Part shown: one piece after another, positions 55,200 to 64,000 of the stretch
Layout: each line of letters opens with the position of its first letter
How positions within the stretch are numbered: the first letter of the stretch is position 1
Source of the DNA: the human T2T-CHM13v2.0 reference genome, Homo sapiens
Reading direction: 5' to 3' (one strand)
Assembly (NCBI RefSeq): GCF_009914755.1
Contig: NC_060939.1
DNA length: 64,000 bases
Program-made: the position numbers and the translations under genes
The notes under the pieces: model-generated
Told to the model about the DNA's origin: nothing
What the model saw: only the letters and a program-made list of their open reading frames with translations
Databases searched by the model: none

Positions 55200-56370
55200 A
55201 CAGAAAATATTTCTGATTCCAGTAATATTTTGCTCTGTACAACTTAAAAATTCTTACAAAGCTCTGTAAATACTGTATAAAATAGAACAGACATGTTTTA
55301 AATGCATAGGTGAGCTTTCAACAAGGAAGAAGAAATCCTTGTGTGATAGAATCAATAAGGCAGCTTAAAAACCAAAAAGGAAGCATAGAATGCTGTAGAT
55401 AGGTTTCACATTTTTTCTTCTAATGTTGAGACCACATTTTTCTGGGAGTAGACCACTTATAAGGATTTAGGTGGGTTTCCCGCAGCAGAGAGCTCATGTT
55501 CTGGGTCTGCTTGGCCAGCCAGAATGCCCCACCCCAGCTGTCAAGCATGGGGGATTACAGAAAATTCTAGGCCCCACAGGAGGCAGGTTTGAGTACTAGA
55601 ACTGAGAATTCTGTATGAATGGTAGACCAAAAAAGAACTGTACCTCTAGAAAAGAGTGGCTTAGTAAAGAAATATAGTCATTAACTTAGAAAATCAACCA
55701 GAAAACTTACCTATCTCTGCTTGGACTCTGGGTAAGAGAAAAAGTTCAACACACATATTCAAAGCCAGAACTTGCATTGCATGGATTTGTGGAGATCAAA
55801 TTTGCAATAACTGTGTCTTTCCAAAGCTCATAATCTAAAAAAACTAATATAAAAATAGATTCCATGCCAGTTATAGCCAAAATCTCTAAGCAGGAGAAAA
55901 TCATAGAACAGTTATGTAGTAGATCTTACAGGAGAAAAATTTACATGTCAAAGTTATACCACATTTAAGGAAATAATCCACAGTGAATGAAAGACAGCAG
56001 AAACAATATATAGCATTAGAGTTCCCTAGGAATATTAGAACTGACAAAGACTGTAAAACTCAATTAGTATTTAAAAAGCAGATTTGACACAATTGAAGAG
56101 AGAAATAATAAACTGGAGGATAGGGAACAGGAAATTACTCAAATGCAGTATAAGAAGATAAAGAAGTGAACAAAAGATTAAGAAGCACCAAGGACAGAAT
56201 GAATAAATCTAACATGTCTACTTGAAGAAAAGGGGAATAGCAAAAATGAAAGAGAAACAATATTCAAAGGGATAATTGTAAAAATAATGGAAAATATGAA
56301 TTTTTAGATTCAATATTCATAACAGATCTTGGGACAAATAATTTAAAATATATTCATATCTGGACATGTA
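55200..56370 (+). mobile_element. Ancient L1M 5'/ORF1 remnant
   Basis: A-rich ORF1-like text (GCAGATTTGACACAATTGAAGAGAGAAATAATAAACTGGAGGATAG). Confidence 0.6.
55415..55550 (+). repeat. Local direct duplication B, copy 2
   Basis: Partner of 52691-52825. Confidence 0.93.
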
Positions 56371-56929
56371 ATTGGGTCAAAATTTGTATATTATTTACTG
56401 TATTTACTTTTATTTAATGTAATTCTCAAGCATTTTCTCATATGATAAAAACAGTTGTCCCACAATTTTAGTGTCTGTTCAATATTCTAATGTCTCATGA
56501 TTTATTTACTCACTCACTGATATATAAATATTTATGGATTTATCCCTCAAACTAATATTTGTAGAGGTAACATGATGTTGCTCATCACTGCATAGAAATC
56601 TTCATACATTCAAAATTTACTTAGAATTCTAAAAGCAGAACTATTAAATGATATAACCTTTTTACGGCTCTTAAATTTTTTTTCAAACTTCTGGATTAAT
56701 CTGACAAACACTACCTCAGGTGATATACATCGATATCAACAGTGATAAGTCATTTTGACAGTATGTGATGAATTGATATGATATGGTGTGATGAGAATGA
56801 CCTGTTACCTACGTGGTTTTCCTCCCAAATTCATGTAACTACAATATAATCATTTCAGTTGAAGCACATTATTTATACTAAATACCTGACTTGTACTCCT
56901 CAAAATGATCAAAGTCATCAAAACTAAGA

Positions 56930-57081
56930 GAGACGCAGTCTCATTCTGTCACCCAGGCTGGAGTGCAGTGTGTCATCTCTGCTTACTGCAACCTCTACCT
57001 CCTGGTTTCAAGCAATTCTCCTGCCTCAGCCTCCCAAGAAGCTGGGATTACAGGCACCTGCCACCACACCCTGCTAATTTT
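56930..57081 (-). mobile_element. Tail-less Alu right-arm fragment inside an L1MC-like 3' end
   Basis: GAGACGCAGTCTC...GCTAATTTT with no poly-T, flanked by AAAACTAAGA direct repeats. Confidence 0.88.
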
Positions 57082-57233
57082 AAAACTAAGAAAATTCTGA
57101 TTAACAATCACAGCCAAGAGAAGCCTAAGAAAACATGACAGCTGCACATAATGTGCTATCCTGAATGGGATCTTGGAATATAAAAAGAACATTATGTGAA
57201 AATTAAGGATATCTGAACAAAGTATGGGATAGC

Positions 57234-57712
57234 TACTATAAAGACACATGCACACGTATGTTTATTGCAGCACCATTTACAATAGCAAAGACTTGGAACC
57301 AACCCAAATGCCCATCAGTGATAGACTGGATAAAGAAAATGTGGTACATATACACCATGGAATACTATGCAGCCATAAAAAAGAATGAGTTCATGTCCTT
57401 TGCAGGGACATGGATGAAGCTGGAAACCATCATTCTCAACAAACTAACACAGGAACAGAAAACCAAACACTGCATGTTCTCACTTATAAGTGGGAATTGA
57501 ACAATGAGAACACATTAACACAGGTAGGGGAACATCACACACCGGGGCCTGTTGATGGGTGGGGAGCAAGGGGAGGGATAGCGTTAGGACAAATACCTAA
57601 TGTAGATAACGGGTTGATAGGTGCAACAAACCACCATGGCACATGTATACCTATGTAACAAACCTGCACGTTCTGCACATGTATCCAAGAACTTAAAGTA
57701 TAATTTAAAAGA
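57234..57712 (+). mobile_element. 5'-truncated L1PA (approx. PA7-8) 3' end
   Basis: ORF track MFIAAPFTIAKTWNQPKCPS...ISGN is the ORF2p C-terminus; 3'UTR runs to AACTTAAAGTATAAT. Confidence 0.92.
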
Positions 57713-57727
57713 ATAATAATGTATAGC

Positions 57728-58800
57728 TCAGTGTAAAGCCATCTGGGCCTGGGCTTTCTTTGTGGGAAGATTTTTAATTACTAATTTAATATTTTCCCTT
57801 GTTATAGGTCTATTAAGATTGTCAACTTCTTCTTGAGTCAGTTTTTGCAGTTTGTGTCTTTCAGGAAATTTGTTTATTTCACTAATGTTATCTAATTTGT
57901 TGGCATACAATTTTTTCATGATATTCTTTTGTAATTCATTTTTATTTCTATAAGGTCAGTAGTAATGTCCTCTTTTTTGTTTCTGATTCTATCAATTTAA
58001 GTCTTCTCTTTTTAAAAATTCTGATCAATCTAGCTAAAGTTTTGTCAATTTTGTTGATACTTTGAAAGAATTAGGGTTTGGTTTCATTTATTTTCTCTAT
58101 TGTTTTTCTTTTCTGTATTTTATTAATTTCCACTCTAATTCTTATTATTTCCTCCTGATATGGTTTGGATAGTTGTCCCCTGCAAATCACGTGTTGAAAT
58201 GTGATTGACATTTCACATGTGAAATGACCCCCAGTGTTGGAGGTGGGACCTAGTGGGAGGTGTTTGGGCCATGGGGTCAGATCCCTCATAAATGGCTTGA
58301 TGCCCTCCCTGTGGTAATGAGTTACCAGGAGATCTGATTGTTAAAAAGAGTCTGGGACCTCCCTCCTCTCTCTTGCTCTCTCTCATCATGGGATGTGCCT
58401 ACTTCCTCTTTGCTTCCTCCATGATTATAAGCTTCCTGAGGCGCTCACCAGAAGCCATGCTGGTGTCCTACTTCACAGCCTGCAGAACTGTGAGTCAAGT
58501 AATTTTCTTAAAAAATTACCCATCCTCAGGTATTCTGTAGAGCAATGCAAAATGGATTAACACAACTGCCTTATGCTTGCTTTAGGTTTAGCTTGCTCCT
58601 CTTTTTTCAGTGTCTTAAAATGTAAGTTTAGGTTACTGATTTGATAACTTTTTTCTTAATATAGACATTTGCAGCTCTAAGTTTCCCTGTGTTATATGAT
58701 ACTGCTTTTACTGTGTCATATAACTTTTGATATGCTTTGCCTTCTTTTTCATTCATATCAAAGTGTTTCCTAATTTTTCTTTTTATTTACTTTTTGACCC
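57728..58800 (-). mobile_element. Old L1 ORF2 fragment interrupted by an MST LTR
   Basis: Minus-strand peptides KLYANKLDN...EEVDNLNRPIT and IEKINETK are L1 ORF2p sequence. Confidence 0.8.
58156..58564 (+). mobile_element. MSTB-like MaLR solo LTR
   Basis: TGATATGGTTTGGAT...GCAGAACTGTGAGTCAA...GGATTAACACA. Confidence 0.85.
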
Positions 58801-58819
58801 ATTGACTATTATAATAGCG

Positions 58820-59205
58820 GTACTCCCCAAACTGATCTACAGATTCAATTCATTCCCAATCAAAATCCCAACAGCCTATTTTGCAGAAATAATAAGCTAA
58901 TTCTTAAATTCATATGGAACTGCAAGGAACCAGAACAGTCAAAACAATCTTGAAAAAGGAGAATAAAGTAGGAGAAGTCACACTTCCTGATTTCCAAACT
59001 TACTACAAATCAAGAGTAACTAAGACAATGTGATACTGGCACAACGATATACATATTTATCAATGCAATGGAATTGAGAGTAGAAATAAACTCAGATATC
59101 TATGGTCAACTAACTTTCAACAAAGGTCTTAAGACTATCCCACGGGGGAGGAATAGTCTTTTCAACAAATGTTGTTGGGACAACTGAATATTCACATGCA
59201 AAATA
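58820..59205 (+). mobile_element. L1M ORF2 fragment
   Basis: TCTACAGATTCAAT...CACACTTCCTGATTTCCAAACTTACTACAAA...AGTCTTTTCAACAAATG. Confidence 0.8.
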
Positions 59206-59581
59206 CAATTTTTAAGAATCTATGATTAAAGGTGGAAAAAAATATTGGGCTAGAGGTCATAAGATTTAAAGTTTAGCCTTGGCACTGCCAGTAAATAAGA
59301 GTGTAACTTTGGAACAATTATTGTACCTCTTTAGGCCTCTATGAGGGTTTTGGAGCAAGTAACATGGCTGCTCAGGTCCTATCCACATCCAACCTCTTCT
59401 TAGCCTGTGATGACTGTATCTCATGAGCTGTGATGATGTAGTGACAGAACAGGTGGCGCACCTTGGTCCAAAGCCAAGAATACCATTTTCACATATTCAG
59501 CACTTTGCCCCACCATCTGATGCTACTTGGCCTCCTTTGCCTGACCCTAGATCCTAGAGCATTCCTCCAGGGATAGGCATT

Positions 59582-59933
59582 TGATATGGTTAGACTTCGC
59601 GTCCCCCCCCAAACCTCATCTTGAATTGTAATCCCCAGGTATTTAGGGAGAGACCTGGTGGGAAGTGATTGGATTATGGGGGCGGTTCCCCCATGCTGTT
59701 CTTATGATAGTGAGTGAATTCTCAGGAGATATGATGGTTTTAGAAATGCTAGTCTTTCCTGTGCTGACTCATTCTCTCTCTTGCCACCCTGTGAAGAGGC
59801 GCCTTCCGCCATGATTATAAGTTTCCTGAGGCATCCCCAGCCATGTGGAACTGTGAGTCAATTAAACCACTTTCTTTATAAATTACCCAGTCTTGGGTAT
59901 TTCTTCATAGTAGCATGAGAATGGACTAATACA
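59582..59933 (+). mobile_element. THE1 (C/D-like) solo LTR
   Basis: TGATATGG...GACTAATACA with perfect 5-bp TSD GCATT (59577-59581, 59934-59938). Confidence 0.92.
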
Positions 59934-60713
59934 GCATTTCAAAGTGTCTCCACAGTAACTACATTGTAGTTTATAACTTTGAGCAATTCCCTCATGTAGC
60001 CCTGTTATGTGATAGAAGGCTTTTATTTACTTATTTATTTATTTTTCCAGGCTGTAAGGCACAGAATGAGCCTTGTTCAAGTGACTATAAGGTGAAAAGT
60101 TTTATGTGAAAATATTGGTACATATGGAGAAACACAGGGTGTGTGATCAGCAGGGGATCTGGTCTTCAGGGGAAGTCACATACCTATTCAGGAGCCCATG
60201 GAAAGTCCTCACAGAGGGTGGTAGGCCTTGAATCAGGCCCCTGTGTCTGGCTGGTGGCTCAGGTGTCAAGCCTAGTGTTGTATCCAGGGTTGCACAGTTC
60301 CATAGCACAATGTGCAGCAACTCACCAGAAAAATGCATCTCAGAAGGGGGCCAAGGGCTTCACTAGACCTTGGAATCCCATGGAATATCAGAATGATGGT
60401 GACTCATAAGAATAGCCATTCTGTTTTGAGTAGTCACTTTCCAAACACTAGTTCCAACACTCCCATCCATGCAGGATATATGTTACTCTCCCTGTTTTCC
60501 AAATGAAGAAAGAGAGGCTCAGAGAAGTCAAGTGACTTGCTTGGTCACAGCCAGTGGGTTTCACAGTCAGGCCTCTGCCCTGATGTGTCTGACTTCAATC
60601 CTGGATATTTTGCCCTGCACAGTCTAATCTATTCTACTCAGACCTTGATTATTTTGGACCCAGCAGATGGTGTAATAATGTCTTGTTCTAAGTCATGATG
60701 CAGTGGAGTGAGT

Positions 60714-61427
<714 letters not shown>

Positions 61428-64000
61428 CACTGAGAGAGAGAGTCAGGGTCAAAGATCTCTGCAGTCCCTTCCAAAATCTAACGTTGTGTCAGTCGAGAAT
61501 GTTTGAACTTTTCATCTGCTTAGATCTCTGGACTACATAAAACTCCTAATTCCAACGTCTTGTTTAGAACCTAGCGGTTCACCTAGCCCTTGAGACTGCA
61601 GGAAAAGTGTCCAGCACTCATTCTGGGCACTGTATTTGGGGATTTGCATTTGTCTGTCCTTCCGCAGAGGGTCCTTGCTGTGCAGAATGGCCTGGGGTTC
61701 TCTGGGTAGGTGGCGCACAGCAGGTCTTCTGAAAGTGGCATTTCCTGCCATAGGAACGAGCATGGAGACTGTCCATAAGGATATCCTGGGTCGATGTCAA
61801 AAGCCCTGGGGCCCAAGTAACCAAGGGAAATCCCTCAAGACTGAATTGGGGGTGGAGTGCTGTATAACAACCAGATTGGTGAGTGAGGCTGCCTCATTAA
61901 AAAGATAGGTAGGTACAGTGCACCACAGAGGTAGTGATGTTCTGCCCCCGAAAATTCACATGATGGACCCAGGTGTGTGTTTGTTATGTTTTTAATATTA
62001 TAAATGCTTGAGATACACTTTAAATTTCACAACTTCACCAACATGTTTCTTCTTCCTATATGTTCCCTCCAAATACTGGTGAGCCCGGGCGCCTTCCAGC
62101 CCAGCTCATCAGCATACACTTTGAGTACTTCTTTCCTTGCCGTAGGGAGAAGCTCGGTGATTTTCACCATTGAGAGCCAGCCTGAGAGCCCAGAACAGCT
62201 CTGGTGTGTGGCTTGAGGGCAGAGCCCACAATATCCCCCACCCTCGCCTGCCACAGAAATTCATCCCATAGGTGAAGCAAGGAGGCTCCACTCACTCCGC
62301 GATTAAGATGCAACCCCAGCCCAGAGCAGTGTGAGACAATGTGGAAATGCTTCGGGTTGAACTGTTGTATCAGCTTAGCTCTTAAGGAATAGAAGAAAGA
62401 GATAAATCTTGATGTCTAAATTTGAAGGGAGTTGGAGGGCTGAAGGGCTGTATGTGGGCAGTGTGAGGAAGTTAGGAAGAACTGGGTCCAGGTGAACCCA
62501 CTGTCTTCCCCCAGTGTCCACAGTAGTCTCTGGGAGCCCTGCGTGGAGGGTACCCAGAGAAAGGGGGACCCAGGCAAAGCCCTTTGCCCTCCACTGTGCC
62601 TCTCTGCAGCAGGAAGAGAACAGAGACCATACAAAGAGAACACTCATACTAAACTTCTTCAGGTCCTTCCATTTCCCTCCAACCAGCCTACCCAGCCTCA
62701 TGCTTCTAAAAAAGTCCCCCTAAAGCCACCGACATGACTGTACAGTCAGGACCGGCCACGCTGGAGAGCTGCTCCAAAACTTCAGGATGAAACCTGGTCT
62801 CTCAAAGTAATTCAGCCTGTGATTTTCAGCAATTCAAAACTCTATTTGTTATTACTGCTACCAATAAATCTGAGAGAGACAAAAAGCCCCTTCCAAATGG
62901 CATTTCAATATTTACCTCTGCAGTTGGTAGTATGTTGATTGTTGATACCCAGAAACAACAGATTTCTTTTTCACAATGTGTCCAAACTGTCCCGCCTTGC
63001 CCCACTGAGGCATCAGCCAGCACCTCCTGCAAATAACATGCACGGTAGAGCGTAGAGAGAGACTTGGCATTTCAGAGTCTACTTTAAATTTTATCAGCAT
63101 TACACTTTCGAGATTCAAGTTTGAAGCAATAGTCTGAAAGGAAAGCATTTTGAATTTCAAAAGCTGGGCCCTGAGAAACAATATGCCTTCATACTGAGTT
63201 TGTTTTCTTCACCCTGAAAAACAGATGATGTTTTCCTGGGCTGGGGAAGGGATGAAAGAATGTCAGAGGAAAAAGCAAGAAGTGGAGTCAGGAGATCCAG
63301 GAAAACGTGCAGGGCTCTCCCCAGTGCCTGAACCCTAGCAGCGAGGACAGGGTGGAGACAGTGGAGAGGCGGGGCGGAAAGGTGGAGCTAACCCCACTTC
63401 CTCTGAGTGCCCTCCCTTCTCCCAGTGTGGAGAAGGCTCTGGCTATCCTGCCACTTGGACTGACGGACACACACAGTATCACAGAGTTCCTTCCCACTCC
63501 AGCGTCGCCTGGGAGGCAGTAAACTACTTCCCCCTTGTCAGGAGTCAGGCACCTGAGTCCTCCCATGTTCCCTCTGGCCGCAGAGTGCCACAGGCTGCAG
63601 AGGGCTCCTTCCAGACCCCTAGGAGTGGCCTGAAATAGCTGGGAGGATGCTGTACTGGAGGGGCCCTGCACCCAGGAACAAGGGGTGACTGAGCCTCGCC
63701 CTGCACACACTGACGTTCACCCTGACAATGCAGCCTCAGGGATGACAGACAGGAGATGATGGGACAGACACCCAACCCCAGCCACCCCTAGGTCATGGCA
63801 CAAAGGAGCCATCCAAAATAGCCACACTTGGTGGCAGCTGGGACAAGACACACACATACGTGCATGTGTGCATGTGTGTGCGAGGGAGACCTACGTTCCT
63901 TGGAATTTCCTTTCCGCCATTGGTGGAAGGGAGCTTACAAAGTAACTTCTGTTGTATACACATAGAGCTACATTTTTTGGAAACTTTGGGATTCATGTCC

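Noticed and set aside
59445-59465. CTCF-like CAGGTGGCGC (also TAGGTGGCGC near 61707)
   Set aside because: Lacks the 5' CC(A) half of the core motif.

Overview
Primate (human-like) genomic DNA with no protein-coding exon that I can support. A CpG-island promoter at ~28.1-29.25 kb drives a minus-strand gene. Its short GC-rich first exon ends at a canonical CAG|GTAAG donor (28658/28657) and contains only a 4-codon uORF. I tentatively recognise the exon from memory as CHST15 non-coding exon 1 (unverified). Positions 1-28657 are then intron 1. They hold a 5'-inverted L1PA, a full-length two-LTR THE1A element in the gene's sense orientation, MaLR solo LTRs, Alus, and a promoter-proximal module (duplicated ~175-bp unit with a DR1-like site, a G4 tract and a strong CTCF motif). 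Positions ~29.7-51.8 kb are a dense block of old minus-strand L1 with nested Alus and LTRs (MER50, MLT1, MLT2, MST). The remainder is repeat-rich intergenic DNA. I see no novel multi-gene system. The best leads are regulatory (LTR-driven alternative first exon, uORF, duplicated enhancer-like unit) and mechanistic (atypical insertions, template-switch palindromes). Repeat subfamily names come from remembered consensus sequences and need RepeatMasker/Dfam confirmation.
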